Source: an uncultured Rhizobium sp.
GTDB taxonomy: Bacteria > Bacteroidota > Bacteroidia > NS11-12g > UBA955
Length of the DNA: 64,000 bases
NCBI GenBank assembly: GCA_964492925.1
Contig: CAZBMF010000001.1
Span: 3,452-67,451, forward strand
Direction of reading: 5' to 3'
The position numbers and the translations under genes are program-made. The notes under the pieces are model-generated. The model worked only from the letters and a program-made list of their open reading frames with translations. It ran no database searches and was not told the origin of the DNA. Shown piece after piece: positions 40,908-50,624 of this stretch; positions within the stretch are counted from its first letter, which is position 1; the number at the start of each line of letters is the position of its first letter.

Positions 40908-42204
40908 AAATACCATATTTAAAAATCAAGTAATATGGTCTTTGGTTATCAGGGGAGGCGGTATATTCATAACATTAATACAAGTTCCATTGTTGCTTGG
41001 AATTTTAGAACAAGAAAAATATGGAGTTTGGTTAACACTTCTTAATGTGGTTAATTGGGTGACTGTTTTTGATTTAGGCATAACAAATGGACTTAGAAAT
41101 AAATTATCGGAGTTGTTTGTGCAGCAAAAATTTGATGATACAAGAAAATATATTTTCAATGTATTTTTATTTTTAACCATATTTTTTGTATCGATTTATG
41201 CCGTTTTTTTTCTCTTTCAAAATCATTTAAATTATCAAAAGCTTTTCAATACTAAAACAATTGAAAATGATGAATTATCATTAATTTTCAACTTGGTATT
41301 TTCAGGTATAATTTTTAGATACATCATTCAAACGCCTATAGTATTAGAAACAGCAAGAGGTTTTACTCATATTTCTAATGGTTTACTTTTATTCGGCAAT
41401 TCATTAAGCTTAATTTCAATTTTTATATTGAGTGTAGTAAACAAAAGTTACTTAAATTTAACATCTGTTGGAATCATTTCAATTTGGATACCCAATTTGG
41501 TGTATGTTGGATATTTTGTGTGGTTTATTTTTAAGGATAATGGGTTTTTTATGCCCAAGATTAGTGAGATAAATATCCTTTCAATTCGTCCTTTAATGAA
41601 AATAAGTTTTCATTTTTTTCTCATTCAAATTACTGCCCTTATCATATTTGCAAGTTTACCCTTTCTACTTACCCAATTGTTAAACCCAAATAGCGCAACT
41701 GAGTATAATTTAGCCAACAGCATTTTTAACATTCCTTTACTCATTATGGGTGTTTTGTGCAATCCAATTACACCATTGGTTACTCAGGCATATGTTCAGA
41801 AAGATAAAGTATGGTTGGTTTCCATTTTAAAGAAGTTTTACATCTATACAGCAGTGTTGTTGTTGGTCATATGGATGTTGTATGCCTTTTCAAATAGAAT
41901 TTATTACTTGTGGATTGGTAACAAGGTTACCATCAACAATTATTTGGTGTTGTGGATTGCCATATACACGAGCATTAATATCATCTTACAACCTTTTTCA
42001 AATATTTACAATGGAATTGGCAAATTGGATGTAATTGCATACCTGTCGCCAGTTGGTGTGATTCTTTTTTTGACCACTTCGATATATTTTACTCAACAAT
42101 TGCAAAATCCTACAGGTGTAGTTATAGGTTTAATTTCCTCATCACTCATAGGATTGATTTATATACCATATAAAGTGTTTTTTGAAATCAAAAATTTAGA
42201 TTGA
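40900..42204 (+). CDS. wzx: Oligosaccharide flippase (Wzx, MOP superfamily)
   Basis: 434 aa, about 12 TM helices. N-terminal 'VIWSLVIRGGGIFITLIQVPLLLGILEQEKYGVWLTLLNVVNWVTVFDLGITNGLRNK' is typical of Wzx/RfbX. Confidence 0.75.
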   Translation: MDKNTIFKNQVIWSLVIRGGGIFITLIQVPLLLGILEQEKYGVWLTLLNVVNWVTVFDLGITNGLRNKLSELFVQQKFDDTRKYIFNVFLFLTIFFVSIYAVFFLFQNHLNYQKLFNTKTIENDELSLIFNLVFSGIIFRYIIQTPIVLETARGFTHISNGLLLFGNSLSLISIFILSVVNKSYLNLTSVGIISIWIPNLVYVGYFVWFIFKDNGFFMPKISEINILSIRPLMKISFHFFLIQITALIIFASLPFLLTQLLNPNSATEYNLANSIFNIPLLIMGVLCNPITPLVTQAYVQKDKVWLVSILKKFYIYTAVLLLVIWMLYAFSNRIYYLWIGNKVTINNYLVLWIAIYTSINIILQPFSNIYNGIGKLDVIAYLSPVGVILFLTTSIYFTQQLQNPTGVVIGLISSSLIGLIYIPYKVFFEIKNLD

Positions 42205-43598
42205 CCTCCGAAATTAACATACTTTATATTGTAGCTTGGATTTCTGTTTTCATTCAAGTTTTAACACTTATAGTGCAATTTGCAAAATATGGTTACAAAT
42301 CATTGTTACATCCTGCTTTTTGGTTTGTTACTGTTTGGATAGGAAGTTTTCTTTCGTTTATTCTTTATTTAGATCTTGGATTCACATTCATTATTTTTTA
42401 TCCTGATGATGTATTAGAATTGATGGTATATGTAGATTTCACCTCAATCTGCGTTTTATTATTTGGTTGGTTAAAATCAAGTAAGGTAAAGGAAGTACCA
42501 ATGAAGTTTAATTTTAAAATAGATGAACGCTTGTTAAAATATTTGAGCATCATCTTATTTTCGGTTGTACTTGTCAATTGGTATAAATCGGGTTCTGATA
42601 TTGTAAGTAATCGTATGGCCGGAAGTGCGGAAATGTTGAAGAATCAGAAAATGGTGTCACAAATTGGGGTGGCAACCTTGTTATTCAACATTGCGAAATC
42701 TGCAAATTTGGTGTTACTAACATTCACTTCGTATAAGATAACCTTAGCGGTTATCAATAACACACTGAAGAATATAAAGTTCTATTATTACTTACCTACT
42801 TTAACCATGATTCTTGGTACAGTAATTTCCGGGGGAAGAGCTGGTGTTATTTATGCATTGATTTATTTTTCTACTGGGCTATTTATTGCTTTAGCCACAA
42901 TGCTAAGTGGTCAGTTGAAACTATTAAAAAAAATGAGTGGTGTTATGTTAATGGCAGTTGTTGGGTTTTCACTCTATTCTACATTAATCAACCAATTAAG
43001 AGCAGAAAGTACAGACTATGATCCTTCATATGAGAAATGGAAAGAATACCCAGCTTTAATTCCTATTTCTGGTATTGTTCAGTATTTAACTGATCATTAT
43101 CCCGGGTATCAATTGAGAAAAGAAGATAGTGTAACACCAGAACTGGAAATGGGAGAAAAAACATTCTCCTTTATTTTATTTTATAATATTCCATTTATTT
43201 CTCAGTTGTTTAATGCACCTGTAGGTCTAGCAAGTTATTATGGATTTAAATTACCGGAGGCCGTGGAACTAGGTGCTCGTGGTTTGGAATGGGAAAATAC
43301 CACCGCTACCATATTTCTAAATGTATATGATGATTTTGGCTATTATGGAACCTTCGTTGCTATTTTTATCTTCTGTTTTCTTACAGAATTGGTGTTTGTG
43401 AGGTTTGTACTGGCTGAAAACGATCATTATCTGTTGTCAATGTTTCCATTTGCCATATTTTTATATTTATGGACACAATCAATTTTCTCGCATCATACAA
43501 CCGGTAGTTGGATGGGAACACTTTTTTATCAATATTTGATCTTGGATATTTTGAATTACTTTTTTACACCTAAAATTCTAACCACAAAAATAGAATGA
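42201..43598 (+). CDS. Polytopic membrane protein, putative O-unit polymerase (Wzy-like)
   Basis: 465 aa, at least 10 hydrophobic helices with a larger loop region. No recognisable family signature; Wzy proteins are notoriously divergent. Sits next to wzx. Confidence 0.45.
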   Translation: MTSEINILYIVAWISVFIQVLTLIVQFAKYGYKSLLHPAFWFVTVWIGSFLSFILYLDLGFTFIIFYPDDVLELMVYVDFTSICVLLFGWLKSSKVKEVPMKFNFKIDERLLKYLSIILFSVVLVNWYKSGSDIVSNRMAGSAEMLKNQKMVSQIGVATLLFNIAKSANLVLLTFTSYKITLAVINNTLKNIKFYYYLPTLTMILGTVISGGRAGVIYALIYFSTGLFIALATMLSGQLKLLKKMSGVMLMAVVGFSLYSTLINQLRAESTDYDPSYEKWKEYPALIPISGIVQYLTDHYPGYQLRKEDSVTPELEMGEKTFSFILFYNIPFISQLFNAPVGLASYYGFKLPEAVELGARGLEWENTTATIFLNVYDDFGYYGTFVAIFIFCFLTELVFVRFVLAENDHYLLSMFPFAIFLYLWTQSIFSHHTTGSWMGTLFYQYLILDILNYFFTPKILTTKIE

Positions 43599-44857
43599 AG
43601 ATTTTGTGGTTTACAAATACGCCTTGTGGTGCATCAGAATATTTAGGTTTAAGTCAATCTAGTGGTGGTTGGTTGGTTTCTTTAGAGAAATTGGTTGGAG
43701 ATGATTGCGAATTGCACATTGCATTTTATCATCATCAAAATATAAGTCCTTTCAAAATCAATCAAACAACCTATCATCCAATTTATATTCACGAAAATAT
43801 TTTCCAAAAAATTAAAAAATTATGGAAGAAAGATTTTTTAAATGCAAAGAATATTGATGCTATTAAAAGTATTGCAATTAAATTAGATCCAGATATTATT
43901 CATATTCATGGTACTGAGAATGATTTTTTAAAAATATTGGATTTCACAACTGTACCCGTAATTGTATCTATACAAGGTATTGTTTCATCTGTTTTTCATT
44001 TTTTTACATCAGGTTTTTCAAAAGAAATACTTTGTACAGTAAAAAATAAAAATTTACTATATCACATTTTTGGAATTGGATTGTTTGAAAAAATGATGAT
44101 AGATTTAAAAGAAAGAATGTGGATAGAAGAAAAGTATCTGGGAAAAGTAAAATACTTTTTTGGTAGAACTGATTGGGATAAAAGTCTCACCAGAGTATTT
44201 GCGCCAAACTCACATTATTTTGTTTTAAATGAAGCACTTAGAGAAAGTTTTTATACAGCATCCATTAAACAATCATATCAAACTTCAAACAAAATAAAGT
44301 TGTTTTCAATTTGTTCTAATGCCCCCAACAAAGGATTTGACGTCATTCTGAATTCGATTATTTTTTTGAAAAAATTAAATATTCCGTTTGATTGGGTTGT
44401 TGCTGGAATGAACAATTCAGATGAAATAGTAAACCTGTCGTTGAAAAAATTTGAATATTCAAAAATTCCAGCCGAATTACAATTAATTGGTCATTGTGAT
44501 GAATCAAAACTTACATCTTATTTATTAGATTCTGATATTTTTATTTGTCCTTCCTATATAGAAAATAGCCCTAATAGTTTAAGTGAAGCAATGATGATTG
44601 GTTTGCCATGTGTGGCTTCGAATGTAGGTGGAATTCCCTCTTTGATTGAACATCAAAAATCGGGATTGTTATTCAATTCCGGAGACCATTTGATGTTAGT
44701 TGCCAATATTTTGGAACTAATAAAAAATGAATCTATGAGACGTGAGTTCGGCCAGAATGCACGAAAAAAAGCATTAGAATTCCATGAAAAAAGCAACATT
44801 AAGCAGCAATTGTTAACCGCTTATGAATTTCTAATTTCAAATGAACATGGTAAATAG
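43595..44857 (+). CDS. Glycosyltransferase family 4 (GT-B)
   Basis: C-terminal 'FICPSYIENSPNSLSEAMMIGLPCVASNVGGIPSLIEHQKSGLLF' (EX7E region). Confidence 0.85.
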   Translation: MKILWFTNTPCGASEYLGLSQSSGGWLVSLEKLVGDDCELHIAFYHHQNISPFKINQTTYHPIYIHENIFQKIKKLWKKDFLNAKNIDAIKSIAIKLDPDIIHIHGTENDFLKILDFTTVPVIVSIQGIVSSVFHFFTSGFSKEILCTVKNKNLLYHIFGIGLFEKMMIDLKERMWIEEKYLGKVKYFFGRTDWDKSLTRVFAPNSHYFVLNEALRESFYTASIKQSYQTSNKIKLFSICSNAPNKGFDVILNSIIFLKKLNIPFDWVVAGMNNSDEIVNLSLKKFEYSKIPAELQLIGHCDESKLTSYLLDSDIFICPSYIENSPNSLSEAMMIGLPCVASNVGGIPSLIEHQKSGLLFNSGDHLMLVANILELIKNESMRREFGQNARKKALEFHEKSNIKQQLLTAYEFLISNEHGK

Positions 44858-45437
44858 AATTTTAAATAGGATAGATTTGATTTTGAATGAATTATTCATG
44901 AAAATATATACCATTTTTGTATACATTGAATGTAAATTAAAAAATATTGAGATTGAAAACAATAATAAATTCTACGGTCGTTTAAAAATTTTCAAATCAA
45001 ATAACTCTATGATATCCATAGGACATTTTAATGTATTTCGTTCAGGCAAGTTTTCGAATTTAATTGGCGTTAATCGACCCTGTATAATATCCACTTTATC
45101 TGAAAATGCAAACTTGAAAATTGGAAATAATTCTGGTTTCAGTGGTACTGTAATCAATTGTTTTTTGGAAATTAAAATAGGTAACAATGTAATGGTAGGG
45201 GCCAATACGTTAATCATGGATGGCGATTGGCATCAGGAAGATAATAGATCTGGAGTGGCTAATCCAATTATTATTGGAAACAATGTTTGGATTGGTGAAG
45301 GGGTCAAAATATTAAAAGGCGTGACAATTGGTGAAAATTCGGTTATTGGGGCAGGAAGTATTGTTACAAGAAATATTCCAAGCAATGTTTTTGCAGCAGG
45401 TAATCCTTGTAAAGTGATTAGAAATTTAAATGATTAA
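44841..45437 (+). CDS. Left-handed beta-helix (hexapeptide-repeat) O-acetyltransferase, WcaF/WbbJ-like
   Basis: Hexapeptide repeats 'IGNNVMVGANTLI...IIGNNVWIGEGVKILKGVTIGENSVIGAGSIV' and a C-terminal 'AAGNPCKVIR'. Confidence 0.8.
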   Translation: MNMVNRILNRIDLILNELFMKIYTIFVYIECKLKNIEIENNNKFYGRLKIFKSNNSMISIGHFNVFRSGKFSNLIGVNRPCIISTLSENANLKIGNNSGFSGTVINCFLEIKIGNNVMVGANTLIMDGDWHQEDNRSGVANPIIIGNNVWIGEGVKILKGVTIGENSVIGAGSIVTRNIPSNVFAAGNPCKVIRNLND

Positions 45438-46635
45438 AAAGAACATATTGTTTTTGCATGAAGGTACATTTCCGGAAGGATTTGCAATGGCATTTAGGTT
45501 GAAAATGTACTTTAAAATGTTGGATGATAATTTGTTTAATTACAAAATTATAGTGCCGCGAAAATCAACAATCGCTTCTATTGAAAACAATGATTCACAT
45601 ATAGATTATTTGTGGAAAGAGGTGGTTCCTCAAAATAAATTTCTCAGAAAGTTTTTATATATAATTCAAGACTTTAAATGGACCATTCAATTATTTAAAA
45701 ATAGGAAGAATATAGATGTGATATTTGTAGCGGCTATGTCTATTTTCCCTCTATTTTTAATTACCTTAATTTCTAAAATTTTGGGAAAGAAAGTGATATT
45801 GGAATTGAATGAATATCCTTATTCAAGTCAAGGTGGTAACGCTTTAGATGATTTAGAAATTTATAAAAAATATAGAAGATTTATCACAGAGAAATTTATT
45901 TATAAAAATATTTATGGTGTGGTCTCTATTTCTCCCAAACTTAGTGAATATATCATAAAAATTAATAATCAATTAAAAGTGGTTGAAATACCAGTTTTAT
46001 GTGACGTTGATTATTTTAAAAATATAGAATCACTTAGTCCTACAGAAAAGAAGGTACCAACCCACAAATTTACTGTTCATGCGAGTAATTTGAGTGAATA
46101 TAAGGATGGTTTTAGTACAAATTTAAAGGCCATTGGAGAATATAATCAATCGGTTCAGGAAATTGAAAATAAAATCCATTTAATCATCACCTTGAATGGC
46201 ATTCCTCATTTATTGGAATCTAGTTTAAGACCTATTATTGATCATTATCAGTTAAATGATTATTTACATTTTGTAGGATATTTAGATGAAAGTGAACTTT
46301 ATAATTTGTATAAAAACGCTGAATTTTTAATCATTAATAAACCCGATAATCTTCAAAATACTTATAATTTTCCAACCAAATTATCGGAATATTTATACTT
46401 TGGGAAAATACTGTTGGTTTCTACAAATCATGCTATGGATCAGTATTTAGAGAAAAATGTTCATTGTAAGAAGTTTGAATCGAACAATTTCGAAGAATTA
46501 ACATCGTTCATCCAGGAAACAATGAGTTTGATAAACAATTTTTCCTATCGAGAAGCTTCTCAGCGATTGGTTGAAAACGAATTTGATTACAAATCAAACG
46601 CCAATGAATTTAATCAATATTTTACACAAATTTGA
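45430..46635 (+). CDS. Putative glycosyltransferase (divergent GT4-like)
   Basis: 401 aa. C-terminal 'FLIINKPDNLQNTYNFPTKLSEYLYFGKILLV' resembles the GT4 EX7E motif. Otherwise weak. Confidence 0.45.
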   Translation: MIKKNILFLHEGTFPEGFAMAFRLKMYFKMLDDNLFNYKIIVPRKSTIASIENNDSHIDYLWKEVVPQNKFLRKFLYIIQDFKWTIQLFKNRKNIDVIFVAAMSIFPLFLITLISKILGKKVILELNEYPYSSQGGNALDDLEIYKKYRRFITEKFIYKNIYGVVSISPKLSEYIIKINNQLKVVEIPVLCDVDYFKNIESLSPTEKKVPTHKFTVHASNLSEYKDGFSTNLKAIGEYNQSVQEIENKIHLIITLNGIPHLLESSLRPIIDHYQLNDYLHFVGYLDESELYNLYKNAEFLIINKPDNLQNTYNFPTKLSEYLYFGKILLVSTNHAMDQYLEKNVHCKKFESNNFEELTSFIQETMSLINNFSYREASQRLVENEFDYKSNANEFNQYFTQI

Positions 46636-47738
46636 AAAATACAATTCTTAATTTTATTAAAAATCTAGGTCCTAACATTCAAACACCTATGGTGATTTTT
46701 GAATCGGATGATTGGGGATCTTTTAGAATACCAAATAATGAAGTTTATGCCGCTTTAGAATCCAAAGGAATTAAATTAAAATTCCCTGGTTCTGATCAAT
46801 ACAATTTGTATGATAACTTAGAGTCAACTTCTGATTTGGAAAACTTATTTGAAGTATTAAGTTCTTTTAAGGATGTACATGGGAATACTGCAAAATTTAC
46901 CCCCTTGGCATTGGTAGCAAATCCTAATTTCAATAAAATTTCTAATTCTGGATTTTCAGAATATCATTACATGAATTTACAAGATTCATACAATTATTAT
47001 CAAAAAGGTGATGTATTAAACTTGTTTAAGATTGGAATAAAAGAAGGGTTATTTATACCACAATTTCACGGACGTGAACATTTGAACGTAGCAGTTTGGT
47101 TAAGGGCATTGAATCAAAACATTGGAGATTCTAGAGTTGCCTTTGAGCATGAAGTTTGGGGTCACATTAACACTCATCCTAGAAATATATTTTATCAAGC
47201 TGCTTTTGATTTAGAATATTTAGATGATGTAGACTCACAGAAAGAGATTATCCAAGATGGATTAACATTGTTTGAAAGTACTTTTGGATATCGGGCGCAA
47301 TATTTTGTCCCTCCAAATGGACCAATGAACAATGCATTGTTGCCGGTCTTGAAAAATTGTGGCATAGATTTGGTATCATCCGATACTGTGCAAGTTGAAG
47401 TTCTCGGAAATGGACGAACAAAAAAACACTTCCGATATATGGGGATGAAAAATAAATATGCTCAAACTTTCATCAAAAGAAATTGCTTTTTCGAACCAGC
47501 TGGGAACGATAAAGATTGGATTGATAGTTGTTTGAGGGATATTGAATTGGCATTTAAAAATGGTAAACCAGCTGTAATTAGTACGCATAGAGTGAATTAT
47601 GTTGGTGATAGAAGCCTCACAAATAGAGTTCAAGGATTAAAACAATTGACCGCTCTAATTCAGAAAATGTTAATTAAATGGCCGAATCTTGAATTTGGCA
47701 CAACGCCCATTTTACTTGATAAATTCCGTAAGAATTGA
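46632..47738 (+). CDS. Uncharacterised conserved protein, paralog A (CE4/NodB-like motifs?)
   Basis: 368 aa. Shares 'ESDDWGS', 'ANPNF.KI..SGF.EY.Y', 'PQFHGREH.NV..W', 'GKPA.I..HRVN.VG' and 'KWP..EF' with the next ORF. Confidence 0.5.
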   Translation: MKNTILNFIKNLGPNIQTPMVIFESDDWGSFRIPNNEVYAALESKGIKLKFPGSDQYNLYDNLESTSDLENLFEVLSSFKDVHGNTAKFTPLALVANPNFNKISNSGFSEYHYMNLQDSYNYYQKGDVLNLFKIGIKEGLFIPQFHGREHLNVAVWLRALNQNIGDSRVAFEHEVWGHINTHPRNIFYQAAFDLEYLDDVDSQKEIIQDGLTLFESTFGYRAQYFVPPNGPMNNALLPVLKNCGIDLVSSDTVQVEVLGNGRTKKHFRYMGMKNKYAQTFIKRNCFFEPAGNDKDWIDSCLRDIELAFKNGKPAVISTHRVNYVGDRSLTNRVQGLKQLTALIQKMLIKWPNLEFGTTPILLDKFRKN

Positions 47739-48847
47739 AATTTATAGACCAAATAAAGCATCATTCAGTTTCGATTCCAGGTTTTCGGACGAAAAAGAAA
47801 TTGGTTGTTATTGAGTCAGACGACTGGGGGTCACAAAGAATACCGAGTAAACAAGTTAGGGATAAATTAATCCAAAATAATTTACTAGACGTTAGAAATA
47901 AGATAAATTTCTTAGACACATTAGAATCTAAAGAAGATTTAATTTCACTCTACGATTGTTTGTTAAAATTCAAGGATAAAAATGGCAATCATCCCATTAT
48001 TACAGCAAATTTTTTGACGGCGAATCCAGATTTTGATAAAATTAAATCCTCTGGATTTACTGAATATTATTACGAAACAATTGATAAAACTTATGCAAAA
48101 AACACGGCAGAAGATTTAAATATGTTGGAGGTGATAAAAGATGGAATGTTGCAAAATATTTTCAGGCCGCAGTTTCATGGAAGAGAACATGTAAATGTTA
48201 ACTTATGGATGAAGCAGTTGAGAAATCAAAATTCCGTATCATCGAAATCATTTGATTCTAGTGTTTATTGCTTAGATGATACTAGTATAAGCAAGAGGTC
48301 AAATTTAATGGCATCTTTTGACTATCAAACAGTTGAAGAAATCGAGGAAATTAACAACATTTTTGTTGACGGATTTCAGCATTTCGAACAATTATTTGGC
48401 TTCAAATCGAAATCTTTTATTGCCCCGTGCTATGTTTGGGGAGAACAACTTGAGAAAACGGCTTTTGATAAAGGGATAAAATTATTTCAAGGTATTTACA
48501 ATCAATATATACCCAATCCACAAGGTGATAAATATCGTTTAAATTGGCATTTTAACGGCGCGCAAAACAAAAATGGCCAATTTTATTTTGTTAGAAATGC
48601 GTTTATGGAATTGTTTGAAAACGATAAAATAGACCATGTAGAGGCTTGCTTAAAACGAATGGAAATAGCATTCACCTGGGGGAAACCTGCCATAATTGGC
48701 ATGCATAGGGTGAATTTTGTGGGTGGTTTGGAAATAAAAAATCGCCAGAATACACAAACCAAACTTGAAGAATTATTTAAAAAAATGTTAAAAAAATGGC
48801 CGGATATTGAATTTATTTCAACCGATCAATTAATCAATTATATTTAA
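47735..48847 (+). CDS. Uncharacterised conserved protein, paralog B of 46632..47738
   Basis: 370 aa. About 30% identity to the upstream ORF and the same motif set. Tandem duplication with a 4-nt overlap. Confidence 0.5.
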   Translation: MKFIDQIKHHSVSIPGFRTKKKLVVIESDDWGSQRIPSKQVRDKLIQNNLLDVRNKINFLDTLESKEDLISLYDCLLKFKDKNGNHPIITANFLTANPDFDKIKSSGFTEYYYETIDKTYAKNTAEDLNMLEVIKDGMLQNIFRPQFHGREHVNVNLWMKQLRNQNSVSSKSFDSSVYCLDDTSISKRSNLMASFDYQTVEEIEEINNIFVDGFQHFEQLFGFKSKSFIAPCYVWGEQLEKTAFDKGIKLFQGIYNQYIPNPQGDKYRLNWHFNGAQNKNGQFYFVRNAFMELFENDKIDHVEACLKRMEIAFTWGKPAIIGMHRVNFVGGLEIKNRQNTQTKLEELFKKMLKKWPDIEFISTDQLINYI

Positions 48848-49965
48848 TGGCATTCGAAAACAAACACATTATTGACTTACAACCTTACAAAGTTGCCAGC
48901 CATAAAATTTGGGAAGTAGATCCAAACGACAGAAACACGGTATTGAAATTAGACTGGAATGAGGCTACAATACCACCGAGTCCGTTGGTGAAATCTAGAA
49001 TCATGGAACTTGTAAGTGAATCTTCTTTTTATCAGTTTTATCCTTCAACTCATAGTGAAACTCTTCTTGCGAAACTTTGTGATTATGCTGGAGTTATGTC
49101 TGATAATCTTCAGTATTTCCCTAGTTCTGATAGCTTACATGAATACATTGCAACTGTTTTTTTAAGTGAAAAGGATACAGTACTCATGTTGGGACCTACC
49201 TATGATAATTTCAGGTTAACTTGTGAATCACATGGTGCGAAATCTTGTTATTTTAATTATGGCGATAATTTTGAATTAAATGAAGGCTTATTTGAGTCTG
49301 AAATTTCAAAATTGAATCCTAAATTGGTGTATATCTGTAATCCGAATAATCCAACCGGCAATTTAATTTCTGAATCTTATATAGAACATTTATTGAGATT
49401 ATTTCCCAATTCATTGTTTCTGATTGATGAGGCGTATACAGAATTTAGTGGGCATTCTGTTAAAGATTTGGTGGTTCAATATGATAACATATTAATCACC
49501 AGAACTTTGTCAAAGGCGTTTGCTTTGGCAAATTTTAGAATTGGCTACTTAATTGCTCCAGCTGAAATCATTAAAAACATATCCAAGATAAGAAATCCCA
49601 AAAACTTTACAACATTTTCACAAGAAGCAACAATTGCTGCGCTTTCAGATGTACAATACATGCGTGATTATGTGGAAAATGTAAAATTGGCAAAAGGGAA
49701 ATTTATTGACTTTCTCAGGGAAAATTATCAGCAAATTCAGCCGTATGATGGATTTGGAAATTTTATATTAATTAAATTTCCTAATGATAATTTGAAGGGG
49801 GCATTTCTGAACCACATGGAAAATAATAATATTTTTCTAAGAAATTTAACTCATAGTTCACTGTTGAATAATTGTTTGAGGATTACAATTGGTACAATTG
49901 AACAAATGCAAATTGTACAAAATAGAATAGCAGAATTTTGGTCAACTTTTCAAACAAAGATTTAA
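48847..49965 (+). CDS. HisC/CobD-family PLP-dependent enzyme (class I/II aminotransferase fold; aminotransferase or phospho-amino-acid decarboxylase)
   Basis: 372 aa. 'VYICNPNNPTGN', 'LIDEAYTEF' and 'ITRTLSKAFALANFRIGY' (PLP-Lys in the SKAF context) are typical of the histidinol-phosphate aminotransferase / threonine-phosphate decarboxylase family. Confidence 0.8.
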   Translation: MAFENKHIIDLQPYKVASHKIWEVDPNDRNTVLKLDWNEATIPPSPLVKSRIMELVSESSFYQFYPSTHSETLLAKLCDYAGVMSDNLQYFPSSDSLHEYIATVFLSEKDTVLMLGPTYDNFRLTCESHGAKSCYFNYGDNFELNEGLFESEISKLNPKLVYICNPNNPTGNLISESYIEHLLRLFPNSLFLIDEAYTEFSGHSVKDLVVQYDNILITRTLSKAFALANFRIGYLIAPAEIIKNISKIRNPKNFTTFSQEATIAALSDVQYMRDYVENVKLAKGKFIDFLRENYQQIQPYDGFGNFILIKFPNDNLKGAFLNHMENNNIFLRNLTHSSLLNNCLRITIGTIEQMQIVQNRIAEFWSTFQTKI

Positions 49966-50624
49966 TTTTATTCGATTTCTGTGAGACGTTGGTAGATTTC
50001 CAAACTGCCGACGCTTACGTTGATTTTGTGAGAAAGAACATTGATTCTCCCAGAATGCAATTTTTGGAATTCACACTGAAATTATTCAAAAAAATTAAAA
50101 TTATTTCCCTCTGTTACAAATTTTTCCCTAATAAATCAATTGAAAAGAGATTGAAATTGTATCAATTGAAAGGATTAAACGAAATTATTTTAAAAGATTT
50201 AGCTGGTTTATTTTATTCTTTAGAAGTAAAACCAAATTTAATACCAGAAACCCTTGAATTAATGAATGACTGTATAAAAAAGAACTGTGAAGTAGTTCTA
50301 ATTTCAGGGGGATATTCAATATATCTGCAACATTTTTGTAATGAATATCATATTAAAAAATTATACTCTACTGATGTAGCCTTTAGTGAAAATAAATGTA
50401 GTGGTAAAATATTGGGTTTAGATTGTTTGTTTGAGAATAAAGTAACTTTGATTGAAAATGGAGGATTAAACCTTAGTGACTATGAAACAAAAGTCGTGTT
50501 TACCGACAGTTCATCAGATCTTCCTTTACTTAATTGGGCCGATAAAGGTTTCGTTATTTCTAAAAATATTCCACAATCTTGGGCTACAGAGTTAAATTTT
50601 GAACAAATAATCTGGAGAAAATGA
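49938..50624 (+). CDS. HAD-superfamily hydrolase (putative phosphatase)
   Basis: TTG start. N-terminal motif I 'LILFDFCETLVDF'. Later 'VVLISGGY' (motif II-like) and 'VFTDSSSDLPLL' (motif IV-like). Confidence 0.55.
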   Translation: MVNFSNKDLILFDFCETLVDFQTADAYVDFVRKNIDSPRMQFLEFTLKLFKKIKIISLCYKFFPNKSIEKRLKLYQLKGLNEIILKDLAGLFYSLEVKPNLIPETLELMNDCIKKNCEVVLISGGYSIYLQHFCNEYHIKKLYSTDVAFSENKCSGKILGLDCLFENKVTLIENGGLNLSDYETKVVFTDSSSDLPLLNWADKGFVISKNIPQSWATELNFEQIIWRK

